DNA of 64,000 bases from Clostridia bacterium (GTDB lineage Bacteria > Bacillota > Clostridia > Oscillospirales > CAG-272). The position numbers were made by a program, and so were the translations under genes. Below the pieces are notes generated by a model, which was given only the letters and a program-made list of their open reading frames with translations, was not told the DNA's origin and ran no database searches. Positions 38,408 to 49,116 of this stretch are shown piece after piece (positions within the stretch are counted from its first letter, which is position 1; each line of letters opens with the position of its first letter). Location: positions 6,202-70,201 of the forward strand of contig JAFWXZ010000070.1 of NCBI GenBank assembly GCA_017522795.1, in the 5' to 3' direction.

Positions 38408-38446
38408 AAAAGGTTGCAAAATCAACAATTTTGCAACCATTTTTAT
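38408..38446. terminator. Bidirectional rho-independent terminator
   Basis: 11-bp stem GGTTGCAAAAT / ATTTTGCAACC, followed by T5. Confidence 0.8.
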
Positions 38447-38458
38447 TATAAAAACGCG

Positions 38459-39577
38459 CTATTTATTTTTAAAAAACTGATACAGATAGCAGGGCAACAT
38501 GCCGTTGTAAAGCTTTCTCACCTTGTCTGCCTTTCTGCCGTAGAAGCGTTCGAATGAGGGGTGTGAGGTTATCACGTACACCTGCCAGGGTGAGAGTGAT
38601 CGGAAGTGAACTCCCATCTCGCGGTAGAGCTGCTCCACCTCTCTGAGAGTACCGAGCCTCTCGCCGTATGGGGGATTACAAACGATAGTTCCCCGTCTTC
38701 CTTCGGCGGATATGGTCATCGCATCCTGGCGGAACACCTTAACCACGTCGCTGACGCCTGCGAGCCTTGCATTTTTCTCTGCCAAAGCGACCGCGCTCGT
38801 GTCTATATCCGAGGCAAACGCCTGAAAATCGGTGGGATGCTCGCTGTCAAAGGCTTCCTCACGGGCGTTTTGCCATATCTTCTTATCAATAAAGGAAAAC
38901 TCCTCCGCGGCAAAGTATCTGCTTCGTCCGGGGGCGATACCCTTCATCATCATAGCCGCCTCAATGGCTATCGTACCGCTGCCGCACATAGGGTCCCATA
39001 GCAGCACGTTCTCGCGTGGGCGGGCGGTTGCGGCTATCGCCGCCGCCAAAGTTTCGCGTATGGGAGCGCCGAGGGCGTCCTTTCTGTAGCCCCTCTTATG
39101 CAGGGCAACTCCCGAGGTGTCTATCATCAGCGTTGCCAGGTCGTTGAGTATAAAGAACTCTATCTGGTATTTTACACCCGTCTCCTCAAAATGCTCTATG
39201 CCGTAAGCGCTGCCAATAGAACGGACGACCGCCTTCTTGACTATTGCCTGACAGTCGGGGATAGAGTGCAGCTTTGATTTTATGGCGTGTCCCTTGACGG
39301 GAAAGACGTCAAGTTTGCCGATATAGTCAGACCAATTAAGCGCGCGCGTACCCTCGAAAAGCTCCTCAAAGCTCTCTGCCCTGAATGAGCCTACCTTAAT
39401 AAACACCCTCTCGGCATAGCGGAGGAAAATATTTGAAAGCGCAACCGCCTCTCTATCACCTGCAAAGGTCACTCTGCCGTCTATTGTGGATATTCTCTCG
39501 TATCCGAGGGCGTCTATCTCCTCGCCCAGCAGATGCTCAAGACCGAAAAGACAGGTGGCAACAAGTTCAAATTTCAT
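38459..39577 (-). CDS. THUMP domain class I SAM-dependent RNA methyltransferase
   Basis: SAM motif DPMCGSGTIAIEAA and catalytic NPPYGERLG. ATG at 39577 with RBS GGAGAG. Ends in TAG. Confidence 0.85.
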   Translation of the reverse strand: MKFELVATCLFGLEHLLGEEIDALGYERISTIDGRVTFAGDREAVALSNIFLRYAERVFIKVGSFRAESFEELFEGTRALNWSDYIGKLDVFPVKGHAIKSKLHSIPDCQAIVKKAVVRSIGSAYGIEHFEETGVKYQIEFFILNDLATLMIDTSGVALHKRGYRKDALGAPIRETLAAAIAATARPRENVLLWDPMCGSGTIAIEAAMMMKGIAPGRSRYFAAEEFSFIDKKIWQNAREEAFDSEHPTDFQAFASDIDTSAVALAEKNARLAGVSDVVKVFRQDAMTISAEGRRGTIVCNPPYGERLGTLREVEQLYREMGVHFRSLSPWQVYVITSHPSFERFYGRKADKVRKLYNGMLPCYLYQFFKNK

Positions 39578-39717
39578 CACTACTCTCCAAAATACTTTTT
39601 CTTTGCCTTATTATATCATCAAAAACACTCTCCGTCAAGAGAGAAAAATATTGACAACCCCTTATATTTATGCTAAAATCAAAATAAGAATAAAATAGAA
39701 AATATGGAGGTAATAAT

Positions 39718-40023
39718 ATGAAGCCCATAGCAACCAACGCCCTCTCCGTTTTCGGATACATAGGTCTTATCATTCTGTTTAACCTGCCTTACGTAGGTTT
39801 GCCCGCGCTTCTGATCTGCGCCCTGTTTATTCAGAATCAGTCGGTGCGCAGCTTTGCCCGCGCTATAATTATTATCGAGGTGGTTTGCACTCTGCTTCTC
39901 GTGGTTGTCGCACTGCTTGGATTCATCAGCTTCAGCGACATCTTCGGTGATTTTTACTTCGATTTCTCGGGTGACGAGGGCACCGCATTTCTTAACAATA
40001 TAAGATACTATCTTGGCGCATAA
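39718..40023 (+). CDS. Small hydrophobic membrane protein (101 aa)
   Basis: RBS GGAGG upstream of the ATG. Three predicted TM helices. No family recognised. Confidence 0.55.
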   Translation: MKPIATNALSVFGYIGLIILFNLPYVGLPALLICALFIQNQSVRSFARAIIIIEVVCTLLLVVVALLGFISFSDIFGDFYFDFSGDEGTAFLNNIRYYLGA

Positions 40024-40029
40024 ACATTT

Positions 40030-40057
40030 CCGCAGGCTTAAACCGCCTGCGGTTTTC
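40030..40057 (+). terminator. Rho-independent terminator
   Basis: Stem CCGCAGGC / GCCTGCGG followed by TTTT. Confidence 0.75.
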
Positions 40058-40091
40058 TAAAATTTTCTAAACCTAACGAAAGGACAGAAAA

Positions 40092-42440
40092 ATGGGCAGG
40101 ATTTATTTAAACAACGATTGGCAATTTAGCTTTGATCATAGCAAGGGTGAGTTTGTTCCCGCCCGAATTCCTCATACGGTGAAAGAGACGCCCTTCCATT
40201 ATTTCAGCGAGGAGGAGTATCAGACGGTGTCGGAGTACAGACGTCTGCTCTTTGCCGAGCCCGAGTGGCAAGACAGCCGCGTGCTGCTTACATTTGACGG
40301 CGTGGCGCACTATGCAGAGGTGTTCCTCAATGGAAAAAAGGTTGGCGAGCATTACAGCGGATATACTGCTTTTACAATAGATATCTCCGAGCATCTGCGC
40401 TATGGCGAGAACAACGGTCTTTCGGTGATCGTGGACTCCCGCGAGAATCTGAACATTCCTCCCTTTGGCAACGTTATCGACTATATGACCTACGGCGGCA
40501 TCTACCGCGACGTTTATATTGATATAAAGAGCCAGACCTATATCTCAGACGTGTTCGTAAAGGCGCGCGCAAACGGCGAGATTGACTCGGAGATACAGAT
40601 CGTCGGCGACATATCCCGCAGAATGACCGTCAGACACAGCATTGTTGTTGACGGGGTGGAATATCTGCTCGGCGAGGCGTCTGCCGAAAGCGAGATGTCG
40701 GTGTCCTCATTCGTTGAGAACGTAAAGCCCTGGCAGGTGGACAGCCCCCACCTCTATACCGTAAGAACCGAGCTGTGGAATGGCAGAAATCTTATTGATA
40801 CAAAGGAGGTCAGAGTTGGCTTCCGCGATGCCGAGTTCCGTAAGGACGGATTTTATCTTAACGGCAAAAAGCTGAAGATCCGCGGACTTAACCGCCATCA
40901 GTCCTACGCGTACGTTGGCTACGCTATGCCACGCTCTATGCAGGAGATGGATGCAGACGTGCTGAAGCGTGAGCTTGGACTTAACACCGTCCGCACGTCT
41001 CACTATCCTCAATCGCACTACTTCCTTGACCGCTGTGACGAGATCGGTCTGCTTGTCATCACCGAGATTCCCGGCTGGCAGCATATAGGCGACGAAAAAT
41101 GGCAGGATCAGGCGGTGAAGAACGTGGAGGAAATGATACTTCAATACCGCAACCACCCCTCGATAATCCTCTGGGGTGTCCGCATCAACGAGTCCCAGGA
41201 TAATGAGGCGCTTTATACTCGCACCAACAACCTCGCTCATCAGCTCGATCCCACGAGAGATACCTGCGGCGTGCGTAATTTCAAGAGAAGTCAGCTTCTC
41301 GAGGACGTCTATACCTACAACGAGTTCGTTCACGATGGCAAAAAACCCGGCTGCGAGCCGAAGGCTGCCGTCACCTCGGATATGGAAAAGCCCTATATGA
41401 TCACCGAGTACAACGGACATATGTACCCCACCAAATCCTTTGATTGCGAGGATCATAGGGTAGAACACGCGCTTCGCCACGCGAGAGTGCTGAACTCGGT
41501 AGCATCCTACGGGGATATAGCGGGCAGCTGCGGCTGGTGTATGGCGGATTATAATACCCATAAGGACTTTGGCTCGGGCGACCGTATCTGCTATCATGGT
41601 GTCACCGATATGTTCCGTAATCCAAAGCTTGCGGCGGCGGTCTACGCTTCACAGGGCGAGGCTCCCGTGCTTGAGATCAGCTCGTCTATGGATATCGGCG
41701 AGCATCCCGCTTGCATAAAGGGTGATATATGGGCGTTCACCAATGCCGACAGCATAAAAATGTATAAGAACGGCGAGTTTGTCAAGGAGTATTTTCCGAG
41801 GGAAAACGGAAGCTTTAAGCACCTGCCTCACAGTCCTATCCTCATTGACGATTTTATAGGTGAAGCAATAGCGAAAAATGAGAATATGAAGCCAAGGCAG
41901 GCAAGGCTGATCACAAGGGCGCTCAATTATATCGCCCGCCACGGCTACGGCAACCTGCCCCCGAGGATCCTTTGGATCGCGGCGCAGTGCATCGTTCTCT
42001 ACGGAATGAAGATAAACGAAATAGTTGATCTCTACACCAAGTACGCAGGCGATTGGGGCGGTGTGTCCACCGTCTACCGCTTTGACGCGATAAGAAATGG
42101 CGAGGTGGTAAGATCGGTGACGAGAGCGCCGATGAATCAAGGCGGTCTTGAGGCAAAAGTTTACAAAACTCAGCTTCAGGAGAGGGAGAGCTACGACGTG
42201 ACGGCTATCCGCATTCGCGCCGTGGACGAGTATGGCAATACTCTTTATTTCTCTGGCGAGCCTATCACCGTCACCACCGACGGCCCCGTGGAGATTATCG
42301 GTCCTGCAACCATACCACTTCGCGGCGGTATGGGCGGAGTTTACCTTAAGACCGTCGGCAAATCGGGCAAGGCAACCGTGAGCCTTCACAGCGAGGCTCT
42401 TGGTGAGATAAGCATTGATCTTGACGTAAAAGAGCCTTGA
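40092..42440 (+). CDS. Glycoside hydrolase family 2 protein (beta-galactosidase/glucuronidase-like); no signal peptide
   Basis: GH2 sugar-binding N-terminus (LNNDWQF). TIM-barrel motifs RTSHYPQ, WGVRINES and ITEYNGH. Confidence 0.82.
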   Translation: MGRIYLNNDWQFSFDHSKGEFVPARIPHTVKETPFHYFSEEEYQTVSEYRRLLFAEPEWQDSRVLLTFDGVAHYAEVFLNGKKVGEHYSGYTAFTIDISEHLRYGENNGLSVIVDSRENLNIPPFGNVIDYMTYGGIYRDVYIDIKSQTYISDVFVKARANGEIDSEIQIVGDISRRMTVRHSIVVDGVEYLLGEASAESEMSVSSFVENVKPWQVDSPHLYTVRTELWNGRNLIDTKEVRVGFRDAEFRKDGFYLNGKKLKIRGLNRHQSYAYVGYAMPRSMQEMDADVLKRELGLNTVRTSHYPQSHYFLDRCDEIGLLVITEIPGWQHIGDEKWQDQAVKNVEEMILQYRNHPSIILWGVRINESQDNEALYTRTNNLAHQLDPTRDTCGVRNFKRSQLLEDVYTYNEFVHDGKKPGCEPKAAVTSDMEKPYMITEYNGHMYPTKSFDCEDHRVEHALRHARVLNSVASYGDIAGSCGWCMADYNTHKDFGSGDRICYHGVTDMFRNPKLAAAVYASQGEAPVLEISSSMDIGEHPACIKGDIWAFTNADSIKMYKNGEFVKEYFPRENGSFKHLPHSPILIDDFIGEAIAKNENMKPRQARLITRALNYIARHGYGNLPPRILWIAAQCIVLYGMKINEIVDLYTKYAGDWGGVSTVYRFDAIRNGEVVRSVTRAPMNQGGLEAKVYKTQLQERESYDVTAIRIRAVDEYGNTLYFSGEPITVTTDGPVEIIGPATIPLRGGMGGVYLKTVGKSGKATVSLHSEALGEISIDLDVKEP

Positions 42441-42457
42441 TTTTGCAAATTAAACTA

Positions 42458-42487
42458 TTGACATTATAATTGTATATGTGATATAAT
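42458..42487 (+). promoter_or_regulatory. Sigma-A promoter for alaS
   Basis: TTGACA, 18-nt spacer, TGaTATAAT. The leader is only about 35 nt. Confidence 0.6.
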
Positions 42488-42523
42488 TAAGTGTTTTAAT
42501 ATATTTTTTAGGAGAAAAATCCA

Positions 42524-45145
42524 ATGAAATGGACATCACTTAATGATTTAAGAGAAAAATATCTCGCTTTCTTCGAGAGCAAGGGACACGTAAGACTGCC
42601 CTCGTTCTCGCTTGTACCCAATAATGACAAATCCCTGCTTCTTATCAACTCGGGTATGGCGCCTATGAAGAAGTTCTTCACAGGCGAGGAGCAGCCCCCC
42701 AAGAACAGAGTTTGTACCTGTCAGAAGTGCATCCGTACTCCCGACCTTGAGAGAGTAGGACACACCGCACGTCACGGCACGTACTTTGAGATGCTTGGTA
42801 ACTTCTCCTTTGGAGATTACTTTAAGGAGGAGGCTATTCCGTGGGCGTGGGAGTTCCTTACCGAAACTCTTGAGATCCCTGCTGATCTTCTCTGGCCCTC
42901 TGTATACGAGCAGGACGATGAGGCGTACGCTATCTGGCGCGACAAGATCGGCGTGCCCGAGGAGCATATCGTAAAGCTCGGCAAGGCTGACAACTTCTGG
43001 GAGCACGGCTCAGGTCCCTGCGGCCCCTGCTCTGAGATATACTTTGACCGCGGTATCAAGTTTGGCTGCGGCAGCCCCGACTGTAAGCCCGGCTGTGACT
43101 GTGACAGATTTATGGAGATCTGGAACAACGTATTCTCTCAGTTCAATAACGACGGCAATGGCAATTATACCGAGCTTGCGCAGAAGAATATTGATACCGG
43201 TATGGGCCTTGAGCGTCTCGCTTGCGTAATGCAGGGCGTTGGCAATCTCTTTGAGGTCGATACCGTGCGCGCACTTCTTGACAGAGTTTGTGAGATCTCA
43301 GGCAAGACCTACGGTGCAGAGTGGTCTGACGACGTTTCTATCCGCGTTATCACCGACCACGTTCGCTCCGCTACCTTTATGATCTCCGACGGCGTTATTC
43401 CTTCCAACGAGGGACGCGGCTACGTTCTCCGTAGAATCATCCGCCGTGCTTGCCGCCACGGTAAGCTTCTCGGCATCAACGGTATGTTCCTTCGCGGACT
43501 TTGCGAGATCGTTATCGCGCAGAACGAGGGCGCATATCCCGAGCTTAAAACAAAGTACGACTACATTCTCAAGGTTATGACTCTTGAGGAGGAGCGTTTC
43601 AATGCTACCATTGACGCAGGTCTTGGCATTCTTAACGGCCTTGTTGCAGATGCAAAGGCAAAGGGCGAGACCACTCTCTCGGGCGCAGATACCTTCAAGC
43701 TTTACGATACCTTCGGTTTCCCTGTAGACCTCACCCGTGAGATCGCAGAGGAGGCGGGTCTTTCTATTGACGAGGATGCCTTTAAGGCTCTTATGGAGGA
43801 GCAGAAGCAGAGAGCAAGAGCGGCAAGAGGTAATATCTCCGGCTGGTCTGATTCCTCTAAGTCTCTTCTCGAAAATCTTCCTCAGACCGAGTTCCTCGGC
43901 TACACCGAGGTGACAAGCGAGGGCAAGGTGCTTTCCATCTTTGTGGATAACGAGTCTGTGGACTCTGTTTCCGAGGGCGAATGCACTATTGTAACCGATA
44001 AGACCGTATTCTACGGCGAGGGCGGCGGCCAGGTTGGTGACAGCGGTGTTATCACTCTTGGTGATACCACTCTTACCGTTCTTGATACAAAGAAGACAAA
44101 CGGCATCTACCTCCACGAGTGTCAGGTAGAAAACGGCTCTGTCAAGGTGGGTGATGTTGTCACACTCAGCATTGACACCATGCGCCGTGACGCTATAAAG
44201 AGAAATCACTCCTCCGCACATCTTCTTCAGGCGGCTCTTCGTTCGGTACTCGGTACTCACGTTGAGCAGGCAGGCTCTTACGTTGATGAGCACAGAGTTC
44301 GCTTTGACTTCACTCACCTTGCGGCTATGACCGCAGAGGAGATTGCAGAGGTTGAGGCTCTTGTAAATACCGCCATTCTCAAGTCCGAGGGCTGCGAGAC
44401 TATCGTCACCACACCCGATGAGGCGAAGAAGATGGGCGCTATGGCTCTCTTCGGTGAGAAGTACGGCTCTGAGGTAAGAGTTGTTAAGATCGGCTCTACT
44501 TCCACCGAGCTTTGCGGCGGTACTCACGTTTCAAGCACAGGCAATATCGGTCTGTTTAAGGTTATTTCCGAAAGCTCTGTTGCTGCCGGTGTAAGAAGAA
44601 TTGAGGGCACAACAGGCCTTGGTGTGCTTACTCTTCTCGGCGAGCGCGACGCGCTTATCCGCGATACCGCAAAGGAGCTTAAATCTCCTAACGTAAACGG
44701 CATTGCAAAGAAGGCTGAGTCTCTTCAGAGCGAGATCAAGGAGCTTCGTCGCGAGCTTGAAAGCGCAAACTCCCAGATCGCAAATGCAAAGGCAGAGGCT
44801 CTCCTCGCAGGCATCAAGACTGTGGGTAAGTTCAGACTTCTTGCTGCAAAGGTTGAGATGCGTCCCGATCAGGCACGCGGTCTTTGCGACACCGTTAAGG
44901 ATAAGTATTCGGATGCTGTCGCAGTATTCGCGGCAGTTTCGGATGGAAAGCTTAACTTCGCTGTTGCGGCAGGCGTTGACGCTGTTAAGGCTGGCGCGCA
45001 CGCGGGTAATATTCTCCGCGAGGTTGCTGCTATCTGCGGTGGTAAGGGCGGCGGACGTCCCGACAGCGCAATGGGCGGTGGCAAGGACGTGGACAAGATC
45101 CCCGATGCACTTGCAAAGGCAGAGAAAATTCTTGCTAATATCTAA
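42524..45145 (+). CDS. alaS: Alanine--tRNA ligase
   Basis: 873 aa. N-terminal FFESKGH...PSxSLVP, editing-domain HxxxH / CGGTH motifs, C-terminal DHHA1-like domain. Confidence 0.97.
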   Translation: MKWTSLNDLREKYLAFFESKGHVRLPSFSLVPNNDKSLLLINSGMAPMKKFFTGEEQPPKNRVCTCQKCIRTPDLERVGHTARHGTYFEMLGNFSFGDYFKEEAIPWAWEFLTETLEIPADLLWPSVYEQDDEAYAIWRDKIGVPEEHIVKLGKADNFWEHGSGPCGPCSEIYFDRGIKFGCGSPDCKPGCDCDRFMEIWNNVFSQFNNDGNGNYTELAQKNIDTGMGLERLACVMQGVGNLFEVDTVRALLDRVCEISGKTYGAEWSDDVSIRVITDHVRSATFMISDGVIPSNEGRGYVLRRIIRRACRHGKLLGINGMFLRGLCEIVIAQNEGAYPELKTKYDYILKVMTLEEERFNATIDAGLGILNGLVADAKAKGETTLSGADTFKLYDTFGFPVDLTREIAEEAGLSIDEDAFKALMEEQKQRARAARGNISGWSDSSKSLLENLPQTEFLGYTEVTSEGKVLSIFVDNESVDSVSEGECTIVTDKTVFYGEGGGQVGDSGVITLGDTTLTVLDTKKTNGIYLHECQVENGSVKVGDVVTLSIDTMRRDAIKRNHSSAHLLQAALRSVLGTHVEQAGSYVDEHRVRFDFTHLAAMTAEEIAEVEALVNTAILKSEGCETIVTTPDEAKKMGAMALFGEKYGSEVRVVKIGSTSTELCGGTHVSSTGNIGLFKVISESSVAAGVRRIEGTTGLGVLTLLGERDALIRDTAKELKSPNVNGIAKKAESLQSEIKELRRELESANSQIANAKAEALLAGIKTVGKFRLLAAKVEMRPDQARGLCDTVKDKYSDAVAVFAAVSDGKLNFAVAAGVDAVKAGAHAGNILREVAAICGGKGGGRPDSAMGGGKDVDKIPDALAKAEKILANI

Positions 45146-45224
45146 TAAATGTAAATAAACATTGTCATTTTAGCTGAAATTTTGGTAAAAACCGAGTTTC
45201 AGCTAATTTGATAGAGGAGAAAAT

Positions 45225-46427
45225 ATGACTGTATACGAGAGATTTTTAAAATACGTTTCTTACCCGACCACATCGGACGAGAACAATCCCGCGTGTCCCT
45301 CTACCGAGAGTCAGCGAGTGCTGGCAGAGGAGCTTTGCCGCGAGCTTTCAGAGCTTGGTCTTACCGACGCGCGTGTTGATGAGAACGGCTACGTTTACGC
45401 ATCTATCCCCGCAAACTGCGAGGGTATGCCTGCCATCGGCTTTATCGCCCATATGGACACCGCATCGGACGCTCCCGGCGAGAACATTAAGGCTAAGATG
45501 ATAAACTATGAGGGTGGCGATATTCTGCTTAACGAGGCAGAGGACATTGTTCTTTCGCTCTCCGACTACCCCTATGTTGCGGATCTTAAGGGACAGAGGC
45601 TTATCGTCACCGACGGCACGACCCTTCTCGGCGCAGACGACAAGGCCGGTGTTGCTGAGATTATGGCGGCTGCCGAGAAACTTGTTAATGCCGACTTCCC
45701 CCACGGTAAGATCTGCATCGGCTTCACTCCCGACGAGGAGATAGGCAGAGGAGCCGATCTCTTTGACGTAGAGGGCTTTGGCGCAGATTATGCCTATACA
45801 CTTGACGGTGGCGGACTCGGTGAGATAGAATATGAGAACTTCAATGCCGCGTCCGCGACGGTTAAGGTGCACGGCAGAGCTATCCACCCAGGCAGCGCAA
45901 AGGGCAAGATGATCAATGCCGCACGCGTTTGCTGTGAATTTGATTCTATGCTTTCCACCGACCAGATACCTGAGATGACCGAGGGCTATGAGGGCTTCCA
46001 CCACCTTATTGCCATTGAGGGCGAGACCGAAGAGGCTGTATCAAGATATATTATCCGCGATCACTCAAAGGAAAGGTTTGCCGCTATAAAGGCGGAGTTC
46101 GAGACCGTGACTGCAAAGCTAAATGAAAAGTACGGCGAGGGCAGAGTAGAGCTTACTCTCCGTGATTCTTATTATAATATGAAGGAAGTTTTGGAAAACA
46201 AGATGTTTGTTGTAGATCGCGCGACAGCGGCTATGGAGCGTCTTGGTATGACTGTCCACGCAGTTCCCATTCGCGGTGGCACAGACGGAGCAAGACTCTC
46301 CTTTATGGGACTTCCTTGTCCTAATCTTCCCACGGGCGGCGGCAATTATCATTCTCGCTTTGAGTACGTTTCCGTCGACGCTATGGAAAAGTGCGTGGAT
46401 ATGATCATTGAGATCGTAAAGGGCTAA
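45225..46427 (+). CDS. pepT: Peptidase T (M20B tripeptidase)
   Basis: N-terminus ERFLKYVSYPTTSDE, HMDT metal ligand, GADDKAG motif. Confidence 0.92.
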   Translation: MTVYERFLKYVSYPTTSDENNPACPSTESQRVLAEELCRELSELGLTDARVDENGYVYASIPANCEGMPAIGFIAHMDTASDAPGENIKAKMINYEGGDILLNEAEDIVLSLSDYPYVADLKGQRLIVTDGTTLLGADDKAGVAEIMAAAEKLVNADFPHGKICIGFTPDEEIGRGADLFDVEGFGADYAYTLDGGGLGEIEYENFNAASATVKVHGRAIHPGSAKGKMINAARVCCEFDSMLSTDQIPEMTEGYEGFHHLIAIEGETEEAVSRYIIRDHSKERFAAIKAEFETVTAKLNEKYGEGRVELTLRDSYYNMKEVLENKMFVVDRATAAMERLGMTVHAVPIRGGTDGARLSFMGLPCPNLPTGGGNYHSRFEYVSVDAMEKCVDMIIEIVKG

Positions 46428-46474
46428 AAACAGAAAAACCATCTTTTCTTATCATACTTAATAAGCAAAAGAGT

Positions 46475-46503
46475 AAAAAAACAGGCAAAATGCCTGTTTT
46501 TTT
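46475..46503 (+). terminator. Rho-independent terminator after pepT
   Basis: ACAGGCA AAA TGCCTGT hairpin followed by T7. Confidence 0.8.
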
Positions 46504-46702
46504 ATATATAAACTCCATACCCATAATTCCAATATTAATTATGTATAAGATGTCTGAAAACTAACACTTCGTGCAAAAAAAACATTTTTTTGTGCTAAAT
46601 AATAGAAAAATTATCAAAAATATGTTATTATTATTTTAGATAATTATACATTTTTTACAATTTGTGAAATTACGACAAATTTTTGAAAGGGATTTTGATA
46701 AA

Positions 46703-49105
46703 ATGGATATCAATTCAATCGTCTCGGGACTTACGCTTGAACAAAAGGCAGCTCTGCTTCAGGGCTGGACTACCTGGACCACCCTTGATCTTAGCGAAAA
46801 GGGAATACCCCCTATGTTTATGTCCGACGGTCCCGTTGGACTTCGTAAGCAGGCAGGCGCAGGCGACCACCTTGGTCTTAATGCATCTGTACCTGCAACC
46901 TGTTTCCCAACTGCCGCAACTATGGCAAACAGCTGGGACGTATCTCTCGGCGAGGAGCTTGGCAGAACGCTCGGTGCTGAGGCTGCTGCAAACGACGTTC
47001 ACGTCGTACTTGGCCCCAGTCTTAATATAAAGCGTAGCCCCCTTTGTGGCAGAAACTTTGAGTATTTCTCGGAGGACCCCTACCTTTCGGGAAAAATGGC
47101 CGCGTCCTATATAAAGGGTATACAGTCCTATGGCGTAGCCGCTTGCCCCAAGCACTTTGCTGTAAACTCGCAAGAGCTTCGCCGTATGTCTATGGATTCT
47201 GTGCTTGATGAGAGAACTATGCGTGAGATATACCTCACAGGCTTTGAGATGGCAGTAAAAGAGGGTGGGGCAAAGGCTCTTATGTCCTCTTACAATATGG
47301 TAAACGGTACCTATGCTAACGAGAATGCTCATCTTTTATCGGACATACTCCGCGGTGAGTGGGGCTTCGACGGCTACGTTGTAACCGACTGGGGTGGAGA
47401 TAACAATCACACCGAGGGTGTAAGAGCAGGAGGAAACCTTGTAATGCCAGCACCCGGTCCCGACTGCGCAATCGGTCTTATCGAGGACGTAAAGGCAGGA
47501 AAGATTGATGAGAGCGTTCTTGATCAGCGTGTTGAAGAGCTTTTAAGAATAGTATTTATGACCCAAGAGGACGTGGCAAAGCAGCCTAAGTCCTTTGACG
47601 TAGAGGCTCATCACGCTGTTGCAAGAAGATGTGCAGAGGGTAGCATCGTTCTCCTTGATAACGACGGTATTCTTCCTCTTAACGAGGGTGCGAGCGTTGC
47701 TATAATCGGTGATTTTGCCAAGACCCCCAGATACCAGGGTGCAGGCTCGTCACAGGTAAATGCCACAAAGATAGATAACCTTTACGACTCTCTTGAAAAG
47801 TATCTTAATATTACAGGCTATGCCCAGGGCTTTGACAGAAAGGATCCCAATCCTATTGACAAGCTCATCTCTGAGGCTGTTGAGGTTGCGAAGAAGGCAG
47901 AAACCGTCCTTCTCTGCGTAGGTCTTGACGAGATCCTTGAATCCGAGGGTATGGACAGACTTCATATGGAGCTGTCAAAGAGCCAGCAGAAGCTTATTAA
48001 CGAGGTATGTGCAGTAAACAAGAACATAATTCTCGTTCTCTCGGGTGGCGCGCCCTTCGTTATGCCCGACAGAAGTCTTTACAGAGCCGCAATTCACGGC
48101 TATCTCGGCGGTCAGGCAGGCGCAGGCGCTATGGCTGATGCTATTATCGGTAAGGTAAATCCCTCTGGCAAGCTTAACGAAAGCTGGCCTCACAGATTAG
48201 AGGATAACCCCTCTTACCCCTACTTCCCAAGCAAAGAGCGAACTGCAGAATATCGCGAGGGTCTTTTCGTCGGCTACCGTTATTATGATACGGCGGGTAA
48301 GAGTGTTCGCTATCCCTTCGGTCACGGTATCAGCTATACCGACTTTGATTACTCTGACATCAAGGCAGATAAAAACAGCGTAAGCTTTACCATTTCAAAC
48401 GTAGGTAAGGTAGACGGCGCAGAGGTTGCACAGGTTTATATCTCCTGCAAGAACGGCAACGTTTATAGACCCAAGAAGGAGCTGAAAGGCTTCGCAAAGG
48501 TGTTCCTGAAGGCAGGCGAGAGCAAGACAGTCACCGTAGAACTTGACGATAAGGCGTTCCGTTATTACAATGCAGAAAAGAATTGCTGGGAGATCGAGGA
48601 CGCAGATTATGAGATAATCGTCGGCTCAAGTGTTTGCGACGTAAGACTTTCCGCAACCATACATATCGACGGTATGAAATGCGAGAGATCTGCACCCGAG
48701 TGCTACTACAATGCAGACATAGAAAACGTGTCCGATAGCGACTTTGAAAAGCTGCTTTTAAGACCTATACCCGATGGCAGCTGGAGTGGACTTTTGACCG
48801 AAAATGACGCAATATGTCAACTTTACTATGCAAAATGTGGTCTTGCAAGGCTTGTTTACAAGATTTTGACTAACATAAAAAACAAATCTGAGGCAAAGGG
48901 CAAACCTGACCTTAACGTGCTGTTTATCTACAATATGCCCTTCAGAGCTATCGGTAAAATGGCAGGTGGAATGGTATCTCGCAAGATGGTTGACGATATA
49001 CTCTTTATTGTAAACGGTCACTTCTTCCGCGGACTTGGCAGAGTAATCGCCGATTTCTTCCGTAATTTAAGATCAAATTCAAAATTCGTCGCAAATATTA
49101 AGTGA
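46703..49105 (+). CDS. Glycoside hydrolase family 3 beta-glucosidase-like enzyme (canonical domain order, cytoplasmic) with a hydrophobic C-terminal tail
   Basis: GH3 motifs GLRK and the nucleophile region GYVVTDWGG. FnIII-like domain (FGHGISYTDFDYSD). The ATG at 46703 (MDINS) is preferred over the track start. No signal peptide. Confidence 0.88.
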   Translation: MDINSIVSGLTLEQKAALLQGWTTWTTLDLSEKGIPPMFMSDGPVGLRKQAGAGDHLGLNASVPATCFPTAATMANSWDVSLGEELGRTLGAEAAANDVHVVLGPSLNIKRSPLCGRNFEYFSEDPYLSGKMAASYIKGIQSYGVAACPKHFAVNSQELRRMSMDSVLDERTMREIYLTGFEMAVKEGGAKALMSSYNMVNGTYANENAHLLSDILRGEWGFDGYVVTDWGGDNNHTEGVRAGGNLVMPAPGPDCAIGLIEDVKAGKIDESVLDQRVEELLRIVFMTQEDVAKQPKSFDVEAHHAVARRCAEGSIVLLDNDGILPLNEGASVAIIGDFAKTPRYQGAGSSQVNATKIDNLYDSLEKYLNITGYAQGFDRKDPNPIDKLISEAVEVAKKAETVLLCVGLDEILESEGMDRLHMELSKSQQKLINEVCAVNKNIILVLSGGAPFVMPDRSLYRAAIHGYLGGQAGAGAMADAIIGKVNPSGKLNESWPHRLEDNPSYPYFPSKERTAEYREGLFVGYRYYDTAGKSVRYPFGHGISYTDFDYSDIKADKNSVSFTISNVGKVDGAEVAQVYISCKNGNVYRPKKELKGFAKVFLKAGESKTVTVELDDKAFRYYNAEKNCWEIEDADYEIIVGSSVCDVRLSATIHIDGMKCERSAPECYYNADIENVSDSDFEKLLLRPIPDGSWSGLLTENDAICQLYYAKCGLARLVYKILTNIKNKSEAKGKPDLNVLFIYNMPFRAIGKMAGGMVSRKMVDDILFIVNGHFFRGLGRVIADFFRNLRSNSKFVANIK

Positions 49106-49116
49106 GGTAGATTTAT

